36,792 bases of DNA from Acidobacteriota bacterium. Lineage in GTDB: Bacteria; Acidobacteriota; Thermoanaerobaculia; Multivoradales; UBA5704. The position numbers were made by a program, and so were the translations under genes. Where the stretch lies: positions 1 through 36,792 of the forward strand of contig JBDTZG010000052.1 of assembly GCA_040005235.1 (NCBI GenBank), given 5' to 3'. The notes under the pieces are model-generated. The model saw nothing but the letters and a program-made list of their open reading frames with translations. It was not told where the DNA came from and did no database searches. Positions 27,418-36,792 of this stretch are shown here, piece by piece (the first letter of the stretch is position 1; each line of letters opens with the position of its first letter).

Positions 27418-27810
27418 ATGAACTCTCTCCCCCGCGTCCCCACCCTGCTGTTCGCCGCCGCGCTGCTCTTGCCCGGCCTGGTAGCCGCGCTGCCGGTTTG
27501 CACGATGGCCGGTTGCGGGTCGGCGATGGGGGCGAGGTGCGCTGGGAAGGGACACGAAGGCTGCCCGCCGGGTGCGGTCAAGGTGGTCAGAGCGGTCAAG
27601 ATCGGGGTGGCCTGCTGCCAGCGGGTTTCCGCCCCCCCGGTGAACCCTTCGAAGCTTCCTGAGCGGTCGGACGCGGCCGGTTCGGCGCCGGCCAGGGTGC
27701 CGGACACGACCGCCTTGCGGCCAGCCCTGAGTGCCGTTCCGCAGACCGCCTCCACCGATCTACTTCCTCCTCTCGACTCTCTCGCCCAAAGCTGCATCCT
27801 CAGAATCTGA
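27418..27810 (+). CDS. Small Cys-rich exported/membrane protein preceding the metal efflux operon
   Basis: Signal-like N-terminus; CTMAGC, RC...HEGC and ACC; ends QSCILRI, a pattern typical of ORFs upstream of metal transport operons. Confidence 0.6.
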   Translation: MNSLPRVPTLLFAAALLLPGLVAALPVCTMAGCGSAMGARCAGKGHEGCPPGAVKVVRAVKIGVACCQRVSAPPVNPSKLPERSDAAGSAPARVPDTTALRPALSAVPQTASTDLLPPLDSLAQSCILRI

Positions 27811-27881
27811 GCACTCCTCTCGCCTGAACGGAGCGTCGCCATGGGGGCGCGCTCTGATCGCTGTGGTCTGAGGAGAGCCGT

Positions 27882-29180
27882 ATGTTGCGTATTCTTTGGG
27901 CCCTCGCCCTGGTGGCGGTGGTCGCGATTCCTGCTTTCGGGCAGTCTACAGTCCCGCTTCCCGCGGCGCGTCTGGCGGATCTGACGGCGGAGGCGCTCCG
28001 GCGTTCGCCCGCGGTGGCCGCAGCGCGGGCCGAGGTGGAGGCACGCCGGGCGATGGAGTCTCCCGCGGGGGCGCTCCCCGATCCGATGCTCGAAGCGGTG
28101 CTCCAGAATGTCTCTTTCAAGCCAACCGTCGGCAAGGACGAGAACTCGCTGCTCGGGATCGAAGCCAGCCAGGGCCTCCCCTATCCCGGCAAGCGCGCCG
28201 CCGCGCGGGCGATGGCGGCGGGCGAAACGACGCAGGCGGCCGCCACGCTCGCGGCCCTGGAGCGGCAGGTGGTGGCGGAAGTCGCCACGCTCTACGCTCA
28301 GATCTACGCGCTCGACCGAGAGCGAGAGACGCTAACCGCAGCCACCGAGCTGATCGACCTTTTGGAGCAGATCGCGCACAGCCGCTACGCCGCGGGCGAG
28401 GGCGACCAGGAAGGGATTCTCAAGATCCAGATCGAGAGGCTCAGGAACAGCGAGAAACTCGGCGATCTGGCGAACCTACGGCACTCTACGGTCGCCGGCC
28501 TGAACCGCTGGCTCGACCGGCCCGGCGACGAGCACTTCGAGCCCGTGGCGGCCCTGCCGGAGGCGCTGCCGATCACAGCCGATACCGCCGAGGCCGAGAT
28601 CCGGGCGGTCGCCCACTCCGCGGAAGTCGCCCGTGCCGCGGCGGCGGTACGGGTGGCCGAACGGCGCGTCAAAGTCGCGCGCCTCGACCTCAAGCCCAAC
28701 TTCTCGGCCGGTGCGGGCATTTCCTCGCGCGGAGGGCTCGAACCCGTTCTGGTCGCCCGCTTCGGCGTGGAGCTGCCGTTCTGGCGTCGGCAAAAGCAGC
28801 TCCCACTGCTTTCCGCCGCGGGGTGGCAACTCGAAGCGGCGCGCCGGGAGCTGGCGGACGCTCAGGCGACGGCGCGCTCCGAGGCCGCTCACCAGGTGTC
28901 CGCCTGGACCAACGCGGAGCGGCAGGCGACCCTCTACCGCGAGGGGATCTTGCCCGAGACAAGCTTCGCGCTCGACGCCGCCCGCTCTTCGTATCTGAAC
29001 GGCCGCGGCACCTTTTCCACCGTCATCGAGGACTTCGAGCTCTGGCTGGATGCGCGGGTCGCCCTCGCCCGCCGCGACGCCGATCGCTTCATGGCCCGCG
29101 TCGAATTCGACCGCCTGGTCGGCACTGGAGAAACCGCCTCCCCTGCACCCTCAGCAGACACCCTCGAGGAGCAACGATGA
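27882..29180 (+). CDS. TolC family outer membrane factor (CusC-like)
   Basis: GAGGAG RBS, signal peptide, ALPDP, QGLPYPGK, LKPNFS and ILPE...ARSSYLNG motifs; ATGA overlap with the next gene. Confidence 0.92.
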   Translation: MLRILWALALVAVVAIPAFGQSTVPLPAARLADLTAEALRRSPAVAAARAEVEARRAMESPAGALPDPMLEAVLQNVSFKPTVGKDENSLLGIEASQGLPYPGKRAAARAMAAGETTQAAATLAALERQVVAEVATLYAQIYALDRERETLTAATELIDLLEQIAHSRYAAGEGDQEGILKIQIERLRNSEKLGDLANLRHSTVAGLNRWLDRPGDEHFEPVAALPEALPITADTAEAEIRAVAHSAEVARAAAAVRVAERRVKVARLDLKPNFSAGAGISSRGGLEPVLVARFGVELPFWRRQKQLPLLSAAGWQLEAARRELADAQATARSEAAHQVSAWTNAERQATLYREGILPETSFALDAARSSYLNGRGTFSTVIEDFELWLDARVALARRDADRFMARVEFDRLVGTGETASPAPSADTLEEQR

Positions 29181-30508
29181 ACGCCCGCCTTCGCACCCGC
29201 CCGTTTCGTCTCGCGGTCCGCACGCTCTCTTTCCTGCTCTTCTCTCTGCCGTTCGTCGGCTGCGGCTCGCGCAACCCATCCGATGGCCAGACCAAGACCC
29301 AAGCGGCCGGGAAGGGCGCGCCGCTGTTCTATCGCAGCCCGATGGACCCTTCGGTGACCTCGCCGACCCCGGCGAAGGACTCGATGGGCATGGACTACCT
29401 GCCGGTGTATGCGAACGAGGCGAGCGGCGCGAACGGTGCGAGCCGGGAGGCGAACCCGGTGCCCGGCTTTGCGACCGTCAAAGAGAGCGCGGGGGGCATT
29501 CGGCTCGCCGGGATCCAGACCGCACCGGTCGTTCGCGAAAGCCTCGCCCGCACGACCCGCACGGTCGGGTCGGTGACGCCCGACGAGCGGCGCATCCGGC
29601 AGGTCCGCACGAAGGTGAGCGGCTGGGTCGAAAAGCTGTACGTCAATTACACCGGCCAACAGGTGCGTACCGGCCAGCCCGTCCTCGCAATCTACTCTCC
29701 CGAGCTGCTCGCGTCGGAAGAGGAGTATCTGCGCGCCCGGGCCGCGGCCGAACGCTTCGCCGCTTCCAGCATTCCCGAGGTGCGGCGCGGCGGCGAGGAC
29801 CTAGTGGCCTCGGCGCGCCGTCGGCTCGAACTGTTCGACGTGCCGCAGAGTTTTCTTTCGACGCTCGAACGGACCGGCAAAGCGCAACGAACGGTGACCC
29901 TGGTGGCACCCGCCTCCGGATTCGTCACCACCAAAACGGTGCTCGAGGGGATGGAGGTCCAGCCGGGAAGCGAGCTGTTCACCCTCACCGATCTGTCGCA
30001 CGTCTGGGTCGAGGCCGACTTTTATGAGAACGAGGCGCGCCTTCTCGCGGTCGGGCAGCGGGCGGAGGTCCGGCTGCCTTACGAACCCGGCCACGCGATG
30101 AGCGCCGAGGTTACCTTCATCTCTCCCGTGCTCAATCCGGAGACGAGAACGCTCAAGGTGCGCTTGGAGCTGGCCAACCCGGGGGGCCACCTGAAGCCCG
30201 GCATGTTCGTCGACGTGACCTCCGAGCTTTCGAGCACCGTGGGGGTCACCATCCCGGAAGACGCGGTGATCGACAGCGGCCTCCGCCAAGTGGTCTTCGT
30301 CGAGCGCGAGCCCGGAACCTTTGAGCCGCGCGAGGTCGAGGTCGGGATTCGTGGCGATGGCCGAGTGGCGATCGTCTCCGGCCTCCGCGAAGGGGAGAAG
30401 GTGGCGACGCGGGCCAACTTCCTGCTCGACGCCGAATCGAAGCTGCGCGCGGCTCTCGCGGCGGCCCAGCCTCCGACCCCTCCGACCCCTCCCGCCCCCC
30501 CGCGTTGA
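29177..30508 (+). CDS. cusB: RND efflux periplasmic adaptor (CusB-like) with a heavy-metal-binding domain
   Basis: Start MNARLR at 29177; possible lipobox FVGC; YRSPMDP...KDSMGMDYLPVY metal-binding domain; SGWVEKL, IYSPEL, DLSHVWV and LKPGMFV motifs. Confidence 0.88.
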   Translation: MNARLRTRPFRLAVRTLSFLLFSLPFVGCGSRNPSDGQTKTQAAGKGAPLFYRSPMDPSVTSPTPAKDSMGMDYLPVYANEASGANGASREANPVPGFATVKESAGGIRLAGIQTAPVVRESLARTTRTVGSVTPDERRIRQVRTKVSGWVEKLYVNYTGQQVRTGQPVLAIYSPELLASEEEYLRARAAAERFAASSIPEVRRGGEDLVASARRRLELFDVPQSFLSTLERTGKAQRTVTLVAPASGFVTTKTVLEGMEVQPGSELFTLTDLSHVWVEADFYENEARLLAVGQRAEVRLPYEPGHAMSAEVTFISPVLNPETRTLKVRLELANPGGHLKPGMFVDVTSELSSTVGVTIPEDAVIDSGLRQVVFVEREPGTFEPREVEVGIRGDGRVAIVSGLREGEKVATRANFLLDAESKLRAALAAAQPPTPPTPPAPPR

Positions 30509-30533
30509 GATCCGGTCGAATCAGGGACTGCCC

Positions 30534-33500
30534 ATGATCAAGCGCATCATTCGTTTCTCCGCCGAAAACCGGTTCCTCGTCCTCGGGGCGGTGACGGTAC
30601 TGGTCGTGATCGCCGCCTACACCCTGCGGCAGATCCGGCTCGACGCCCTGCCCGATCTGTCGGACACGCAGGTGATCGTCTACTCGCGGTGGGATCGCTC
30701 GCCCGACATTCTGGAAGACCAGGTCACCTACCCGATCATCTCGACGCTGCTCGGGGCGCCGAGAGTGAAGGCGATCCGCGGTTTTTCCGATTTCGGCTTC
30801 TCCTACGTCTACGTCATCTTCGAGGACGGCACCGATCTCTACTGGGCTCGCTCGCGGGTGCTCGAATACCTGTCGAAGATCCAGCCTCAGCTCCCCGAAG
30901 GGGTGCGCACCGAGCTCGGCCCGGATGCCACCGGCGTCGGCTGGGTCTATCAATACGCGCTCGTCGACCGCTCGGGGAAGCTTTCGCTCGACGAGCTGCG
31001 CTCCTACCAGGACTGGACCCTGCGCTACGCCCTGCAGGCCGTGCCCGGTGTGGCCGAGGTCGCCTCGATCGGCGGCTACCAGCGCCAGTACCAAATCACC
31101 GTCGATCCGAATCGGTTGGTGGCCTACGGCCTGTCGCTCGACGCGATCGCGAAGGCGGTGCAAAGCTCGAACGACGAGGTCGGCGGGCGGCTGCTCGAAA
31201 TCTCGGGGCGCGAGTACATGGTGCGCGGTCGCGGTTACGCGAAAAGCACTTCCGACCTCGAACAGGTGGTGGTGAGAGTCTCCCCCGCCGGGGTTCCCGT
31301 GCTGTTGCGCGACGTGGCGCGCGTCGAACTCGGCCCGGAAATCCGGCGCGGGGTCTCGGACCTCGACGGCAAGGGTGACGCGGTCGGCGGCATCGTGGTC
31401 ATGCGCCATGGTGAAAACGCGCTCAACGTCATCCGCCGTGTCGAGGCCAAGCTCGCGGAGCTTCACGCCTCGCTGCCCGAAGGTGTCGAGGTGGTTCCAA
31501 CCTACGACCGTTCGACCCTCATCGAGCGGGCGATCGAGACGCTCAAACACGAGTTGGGTGTGGAGATGATCATCGTCTCGCTGGTGATCCTGATCTTCCT
31601 CTGGCACTTTCCCTCGGCGGCGGTGCCGATCCTCACCATTCCGATCTCGGTGCTGCTCGCGTTCATACCCATGTACCTCATGGGGCTAACCGTCAACATA
31701 ATGTCGCTCGCCGGAATCGCGATTTCGATCGGTGTGCTGGTCGACGGTGCGATCGTCGAGGTGGAAAACGCCTACAACAAGATCCACCTCTGGCTCGTCG
31801 CCGGACGCCCGGGAAGCTTTCATGAGGTGCGGCTGGCCGCCCTCCAAGAGGTCGGCCCGTCGGTCTTCTTCTCGCTCCTGGTCATCGCGGTCGCGTTCCT
31901 GCCGGTGTTCGCGCTGGTCGATCAAGAGGGGCGCCTGTTCCGGCCGCTCGCGCTGTCGAAAAACCTTGCGATGGCGATCGCAGCGCTGCTCGCGATCACT
32001 CTCGATCCGGCGTTGCGCATGCTGTTTGCGCGCATCGAGCCGTTCCACTTCCGGCCGCGTTGGCTGGCCCGGTTCGCGACCGGTGCGCTCGTCGGCACCT
32101 ATCGCGCCGAGGAGCGCCATCCGATCAGCCGCGCGATCTTCCGGATCTACGAGCCGGTCTGCCGCTTCGTCCTCCGGCATCCCAAGGCGGTGATCGCCGT
32201 GGCGCTGCTCTTGGTGGCGGTCTCGGTTCCAATCTACTTTTCGCTCGGCTCCGAATTCATGCCACCGTTGAACGAAGGCACGCTGCTCTACATGCCTACG
32301 ACGCTGCCCGGGATTTCGGTCGCTCGGGCGCAGGATCTGCTAACCGCCCAAGACAAGGTGTTGAAATCGTTCCCTGAGGTCGAAAGGGTTTTCGGCAAAG
32401 CGGGACGCGCCGACACCTCGACCGATCCCGCGCCGTTTTCGATGTTCGAGACGACCGTCGTGCTCAAGTCGGAAGAGCGCTGGCGGGGCAAGAAGCGGTG
32501 GTACTCGGGGTGGCCGGATTGGATCAAGCCCGCATTTCGGCCGATCTGGCCCGACCACATCTCCTGGGAGGAGCTGGTCGACGAAATGAACCGCGCGGTC
32601 GCATCGCCCGGGGTCACCAACGCCTGGACCATGCCGATCAAGGCGCGCATCGACATGCTGAGCACAGGAGTGCGCACCCCCGTAGGAATCAAGATCTTCG
32701 GCGCCGACCTCGCCGTGATCGAACGGCTCGGCGCCGCGATCGAACAGGCCGTCCGGACGGTACCGGGCACCCGCTCGGTCTACGCCGAACGGGTGGCCGG
32801 CGGCTACTTTCTCGACATCTCGCCGCGCCGCGACCAGCTCGCCCGCTACGGCTTGACCATCGCGGACCTGCAGCGGGTGATCATGACGGCGATCGGCGGC
32901 GAGAACGTCACGACCACGATCGAGGGGCGCGCGCGCTATCCGGTAAACCTTCGCTACCCGCGCGAGCTGCGCGACGATCCCGCGCGGCTCGGCCGGGTCC
33001 TGGTCGCGACTCCGACGATGGCGCAGGTCCCACTCGCCCAGATCGCCGACATCAAACTCACCCAGGGGCCTTCGATGCTGCGCGACGAGAACGGCTTTCT
33101 TGCAGGTTACGTCTACGTGGACATCGCCGGCCGCGACGTCGGCAGCTACGTCCACGACGCGAAACTGGCCGTCGAGAAGGCGGTGACGCTCCCCGCCAGC
33201 ACCTCGCTCTCGTGGAGCGGTCAGTACGAGAACATGATCCGGGTGAAAGAACGCCTCAAGATCGTGGTACCGATCACGCTGCTGCTGATCTTCGTCCTGC
33301 TCTACGCCAACACCCGCTCCGCGTTCAAGGCGACGATCGTGATGCTCGCGGTTCCGTTCTCGGCGATCGGCGCGATCTGGCTGTTCTGGCTGCTCGGCTA
33401 CAACGTTTCGATCGCCGCCTGGGTGGGGATGATCGCTCTCCTCGGCCTCGACGCCGAGACGGGGGTCTTCATGCTGCTCTTCCTCGATCTCGCCTGGGAC

Positions 33501-33818
33501 GATGCGAAAAAGCGCGGCGCCCTCAAAAATGCCGCCGACGCCGACGAGGCGATCGTTCATGGCGCGGTCAAGCGGGCGCGCCCGAAGATGATGACCGTCG
33601 CCGCCGCCTTCATGGGTCTGCTGCCGATCCTCTGGTCCACCTCCGCGGGAGCGGACGTGATGAAACGAATCGCCGCGCCGATGATCGGCGGCCTGGTGAC
33701 CTCTTTCGCCCTGGAGCTGCTGGTCTATCCCGCGATCTACAAACTCTGGCGCCGCCGCGAGCTGTCAGCGATTGAGGGCGAAGCGAGCCCCGCCATCACG
33801 CCGGTCGCCGCAACGTAA
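30534..33818 (+). CDS. cusA: CusA/SilA heavy-metal (Cu+/Ag+) RND permease
   Basis: LDALPDLSDTQVIVY, LGPDATGVGWVYQY, NIMSLAGIAI, GSEFMPPLNEG, LYMP, PAPFSMFET, RIDMLSTG and RARPKMMT are CusA-specific Met motifs. Confidence 0.95.
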   Translation: MIKRIIRFSAENRFLVLGAVTVLVVIAAYTLRQIRLDALPDLSDTQVIVYSRWDRSPDILEDQVTYPIISTLLGAPRVKAIRGFSDFGFSYVYVIFEDGTDLYWARSRVLEYLSKIQPQLPEGVRTELGPDATGVGWVYQYALVDRSGKLSLDELRSYQDWTLRYALQAVPGVAEVASIGGYQRQYQITVDPNRLVAYGLSLDAIAKAVQSSNDEVGGRLLEISGREYMVRGRGYAKSTSDLEQVVVRVSPAGVPVLLRDVARVELGPEIRRGVSDLDGKGDAVGGIVVMRHGENALNVIRRVEAKLAELHASLPEGVEVVPTYDRSTLIERAIETLKHELGVEMIIVSLVILIFLWHFPSAAVPILTIPISVLLAFIPMYLMGLTVNIMSLAGIAISIGVLVDGAIVEVENAYNKIHLWLVAGRPGSFHEVRLAALQEVGPSVFFSLLVIAVAFLPVFALVDQEGRLFRPLALSKNLAMAIAALLAITLDPALRMLFARIEPFHFRPRWLARFATGALVGTYRAEERHPISRAIFRIYEPVCRFVLRHPKAVIAVALLLVAVSVPIYFSLGSEFMPPLNEGTLLYMPTTLPGISVARAQDLLTAQDKVLKSFPEVERVFGKAGRADTSTDPAPFSMFETTVVLKSEERWRGKKRWYSGWPDWIKPAFRPIWPDHISWEELVDEMNRAVASPGVTNAWTMPIKARIDMLSTGVRTPVGIKIFGADLAVIERLGAAIEQAVRTVPGTRSVYAERVAGGYFLDISPRRDQLARYGLTIADLQRVIMTAIGGENVTTTIEGRARYPVNLRYPRELRDDPARLGRVLVATPTMAQVPLAQIADIKLTQGPSMLRDENGFLAGYVYVDIAGRDVGSYVHDAKLAVEKAVTLPASTSLSWSGQYENMIRVKERLKIVVPITLLLIFVLLYANTRSAFKATIVMLAVPFSAIGAIWLFWLLGYNVSIAAWVGMIALLGLDAETGVFMLLFLDLAWDDAKKRGALKNAADADEAIVHGAVKRARPKMMTVAAAFMGLLPILWSTSAGADVMKRIAAPMIGGLVTSFALELLVYPAIYKLWRRRELSAIEGEASPAITPVAAT

Positions 33819-33849
33819 ACGACGAACGGCAAACCGAAAGGAACGTGTC

Positions 33850-34239
33850 ATGTCCCAACGCATCCTTCCTATTCTACTCATCGCAGTTGCCGCCTTGGCA
33901 ACACCGGTCGTCGCGACCGGCGCGGGTGAACCCGGCATCTGGCACAGCGTCTTCATGGCCGGAAGCGTGATCGAGTCGTCCTCCGAAGGCGTTTACCTCT
34001 GCATCGGCACTCCTGACGGCGCGAAAGTCGGCCAGGCGCTCGAAGTCGTTCGAATGATCCGGGACCCGGGCGTAAACCCGAAGCAAGGGGCGCGCTTTCA
34101 TCCCGAGCGGGTGGGCTCGGTGAGAATCGACTCCATCGTCGACGAGCACTTCGCCAAAGCGACGGTGACGTCGGGAAAAGCCCGGAAGGGAGACATCGTC
34201 AGGCTCAAGGACTCCACCGAAGGCGCCAAGAAGGAGTGA
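33850..34239 (+). CDS. Secreted hypothetical protein, FlgT C-terminal-like beta domain
   Basis: AAGGA RBS, signal peptide, VYLCIGTPDGAKVGQALEV...VGSVRI...FAKATV. Confidence 0.7.
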   Translation: MSQRILPILLIAVAALATPVVATGAGEPGIWHSVFMAGSVIESSSEGVYLCIGTPDGAKVGQALEVVRMIRDPGVNPKQGARFHPERVGSVRIDSIVDEHFAKATVTSGKARKGDIVRLKDSTEGAKKE

Positions 34240-34335
34240 TTGGGTGCCGGTGCGCTCCGCACCGGGGAGGCCCCAAACTGAATATGCGGCGGTCGGCTGC
34301 CCAATGCGCCGAACCGCCCCAAAAGGAGACGAGTC

Positions 34336-34599
34336 ATGAAACTGGAAATCCGAGCCCTCGTGAAAGCCGTCGCGGTCGTCGGGGCGGCATCGTATGCGCT
34401 GTGCGCCGGACTGCTCGCTCTCGCCCCGGAGGCGACGATGCGGGTGGCCGGCTACCTGATGCACGTCGATCTCAGCGCAATCGCACGTCCCCTCAGCTGG
34501 GGCGGAGCCCTCGCCGGCATTCTGGCGTGGACGCTCTTCACCGCAGCGCTGGCGGCCGCTGCGGGCGGCCTTTATAACCGCTTTGCGGGGGGCCGCTAG
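34336..34599 (+). CDS. Small two-TM membrane protein (DUF5676-like)
   Basis: AAGGAG RBS; YALCA...LMH...GGLYNRF pattern. Confidence 0.75.
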   Translation: MKLEIRALVKAVAVVGAASYALCAGLLALAPEATMRVAGYLMHVDLSAIARPLSWGGALAGILAWTLFTAALAAAAGGLYNRFAGGR

Positions 34600-34634
34600 A
34601 CCCCACGCGGCCGCCACTTCAGGAGCACCTTTGT

Positions 34635-35504
34635 ATGATCGAACGCCTCTTCGTAGAAGAGCGGCCAGGTGACGGAGCGCCGATAGTGTTCCTGCATGGT
34701 CTCGGAGCGACGCATCGGTACTGGCACACCGGCCTCATGGATATGGACCTCACTCAGCCCTTAGTCATGCCCGACCTCCTGGGCTTCGGGGATTCACCGA
34801 AGCCGTGGTGCCGCTATACCCTGGAGCGCCACCTGGCGCCGATCGCCGCCGCTCTGGCGCCCTACTCCGGCGCCACCCTGGTGGGGCACTCCATGGGCGC
34901 GGCGCTGGCCCTTGCCCATGCCGCGCGCCACCCGGACACGGTCCGGGCGGTGGTGCTGCTGAGCCTGCCGTACTTCGGCAGCGAGCCCATCGCCTACCGC
35001 TGGTTCAGGCGCCATCCGACCGGCTGGCTGTTCACCAACATGGCCGCGACGGCGCTGGCCTGCATGGTGACGCGGCGGATCGCCGGGCGGTTGCTGCCCC
35101 GGCTGCTGCCGGATCTCCCGCGCGAGATTGCCGAGGACTTGGTCAAGCACAACTTCTTTTCTTCCACCACCTCCCTCTGGGAGGTGCTCTATCGGCACGA
35201 ATATCGAGTTGACGCCGACGTACTCGCCGGGCGGGTTCCCGTGTACTGCCTGCACGGCACTGCCGATTCGACGGCACCGGCGGACCGCGTTCGGTTGCTC
35301 GCAGCCGACCGACCCAATTGGACGGTCGAGCTCCTGCCCGGGGTCGGTCACCACCCGTGGCTCGACCGTCCACAGGACTGCCGAGCCCTGCTGATGCGAG
35401 CCCTCGGAGGAGCCGAGCCGCACCGAATCGGGCCGGACGCGACGGCCGCCGGCGAGGCGACATCGAGCTTCTCGGAAGCCACGGAACGGCCCCTCGGGCT
35501 CTGA
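34635..35504 (+). CDS. Alpha/beta hydrolase
   Basis: FLHGLG, PDLLGFGDS, GHSMG nucleophile elbow, HGTAD and GHH motifs. Confidence 0.92.
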   Translation: MIERLFVEERPGDGAPIVFLHGLGATHRYWHTGLMDMDLTQPLVMPDLLGFGDSPKPWCRYTLERHLAPIAAALAPYSGATLVGHSMGAALALAHAARHPDTVRAVVLLSLPYFGSEPIAYRWFRRHPTGWLFTNMAATALACMVTRRIAGRLLPRLLPDLPREIAEDLVKHNFFSSTTSLWEVLYRHEYRVDADVLAGRVPVYCLHGTADSTAPADRVRLLAADRPNWTVELLPGVGHHPWLDRPQDCRALLMRALGGAEPHRIGPDATAAGEATSSFSEATERPLGL

Positions 35505-35613
35505 ACCGCCGAACGCGTCTCCGCAGGGGCTCCCGACCCCGTTGGCCAGCGCGCCTCCGGTGCGGAGTCTCGGGCAGGCGGTGGGATTCTTGATAAGAAA
35601 GGAGTGTGGTGGC

Positions 35614-36321
35614 ATGAAATATCACTACGTCTGGCTGCTCTGGTCGAGCGCCTTTCTTCTCCCCTGGATCGCTGTCTACGCGCTGAATGTGAAGGACCGC
35701 AAGGTGATCTGGCGCACGAGTCTCGTGACCTCCCTCCTAGGACTCACCGAGCCGATCTACGTTCCGGAATACTGGAATCCACCGAGTCTCTTCGAGCTCG
35801 CCCAACGATCCGGATTTGACTTTGAAAGCCTTATCTTCGCCTTCGCCATCGGCGGCATCGGCGCGGCCCTGTACAACACCCTACGCAGAAACCACCTCGT
35901 CCCGGTCGACGCCGCAGAGAGACGGTTGCCCCGACATCGGTTTCATTTGGCGGCCCTGTTCGTGCCGTTCGTCCTGTTCTTGCCGCTCTATCCGCTGCCC
36001 TGGAACCCGATCTATCCGTCCATCGTGTGCCTGCTGATCGGAGCCATCGGCTCGGTGGTCTGCCGGCCTGATCTCACGGGCAAAACGGTGATCGGGGGCC
36101 TGCTGTTCCTCGGCCTGTACGCCGTATTCATGCTCGGGCTCAAATGGGGAGCGCCCGGCTACATCGAGCAGGTTTGGAATCTGCGCGGCTTGAGCGGCGG
36201 GCTCATCTACGGCATCCCGCTCGAGGAACTCCTGTTCGGCTTCAGTTTCGGCTCATATTGGACCGGCGTCTACGAGCACTTCACGTGGAGCCGGAGTGCC
36301 GGGCACACTGGCTCGCGGTGA
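35614..36321 (+). CDS. Lycopene-cyclase-domain membrane protein
   Basis: AAGGAG RBS; multiple TM helices; PEYWNP, FDFESLIF and GIPLEELLF motifs. Confidence 0.8.
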   Translation: MKYHYVWLLWSSAFLLPWIAVYALNVKDRKVIWRTSLVTSLLGLTEPIYVPEYWNPPSLFELAQRSGFDFESLIFAFAIGGIGAALYNTLRRNHLVPVDAAERRLPRHRFHLAALFVPFVLFLPLYPLPWNPIYPSIVCLLIGAIGSVVCRPDLTGKTVIGGLLFLGLYAVFMLGLKWGAPGYIEQVWNLRGLSGGLIYGIPLEELLFGFSFGSYWTGVYEHFTWSRSAGHTGSR

Positions 36322-36508
36322 ACGGTGACGTAACGTCCTCGGCTGCGCCACCTGCCATGAACTCGATGCCGACTTGCCTCAATCCGTGAACCTTTCGAAC
36401 TCTTTCGCGCCATGAAGAACGTGGCGGCGGTTTTGCAGCGTTAGGGCTGATGGGCAGTTTCAACGCACCAGCCCACGCAACACTCACCCTTATAAAAAGG
36501 AGCACCCG

Positions 36509-36792
36509 ATGAACAGAATCTCGACCAGTCTCACGCTCGCCGCCGCGCTCGCCTTCGCCACCACCGGATTCGCGCAGGCGGCCGCACCGCCCATGCACCA
36601 CCCCCAGGGAACCGCGATGAAAGACTCTAAAGAGGGCGGCATGATGGCGGAGTGTCAAGCTATGAAGGCCAAGCACCACGAGATGATGGAAAAACAGATG
36701 GCCATGGACGCCACCCTGGACAAACTCGTCGCTGCGATGAACGCCGCCGCGGGCGACAAGAAGGCCGACGCGATGGAGAAGCCGATGGCGGC
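36509..36792 (+). CDS. Met/His-rich periplasmic protein, probably Cu/Ag-binding; partial at the window end
   Basis: Translated by hand: AAGGAG RBS; MNRISTSLTLAAALAFATTGFAQA signal; PMHHPQG...GGMMAECQAMKAKHHEMMEKQMAMDATLDKLVAAMN. Confidence 0.8.
   Translation, partial: MNRISTSLTLAAALAFATTGFAQAAAPPMHHPQGTAMKDSKEGGMMAECQAMKAKHHEMMEKQMAMDATLDKLVAAMNAAAGDKKADAMEKPMA

Noticed and set aside
35614-36321. Carotenoid biosynthesis locus
   Set aside because: No crtB, crtI or crtE in the window; the context is metal resistance.

Overview
High-GC bacterial window. The protein families resemble those of Acidobacteriota/Thermoanaerobaculia, but that is an inference I have not checked. In order it contains: a partial secreted repeat protein; guaB; a Schlafen/AlbA_2-HATPase protein; a compact minus-strand cassette of PvdA/KtzI-type N-hydroxylase, cupin-MetRS-like fusion and pyruvoyl-dependent SpeD-like decarboxylase, which has the signature of an N-N bond (hydrazine) forming pathway; an M28 membrane peptidase; and a DinB protein. 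A ~12 kb accessory/regulatory region (11.6-23.2 kb) follows. It holds three paralogous proteins with an N-terminal (H)xxx(x)CxxC motif and a TPR-like body. Two of them sit directly behind small secreted pre-peptides carrying G-x-x-[IA]-[SND]-P-[WT]-G cores; the third is interrupted by an in-frame TGA. The region also has apparently leaderless XRE/HTH regulators, relic gene fragments forming nested direct repeats, and a 20-bp-periodic quasi-palindromic array. The rest is a Cys-less class V PLP enzyme, another XRE regulator, a lytic transglycosylase, a 21-bp repeat cluster and a CusCBA-type heavy-metal efflux cluster with accessory genes. The best candidate for an undescribed system is the repeated secreted-peptide + Zn-motif/TPR receptor + HTH module, an RRNPP/Rap-Phr-like peptide signalling arrangement in a diderm. 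The hydrazine-synthetase + decarboxylase cassette is second.
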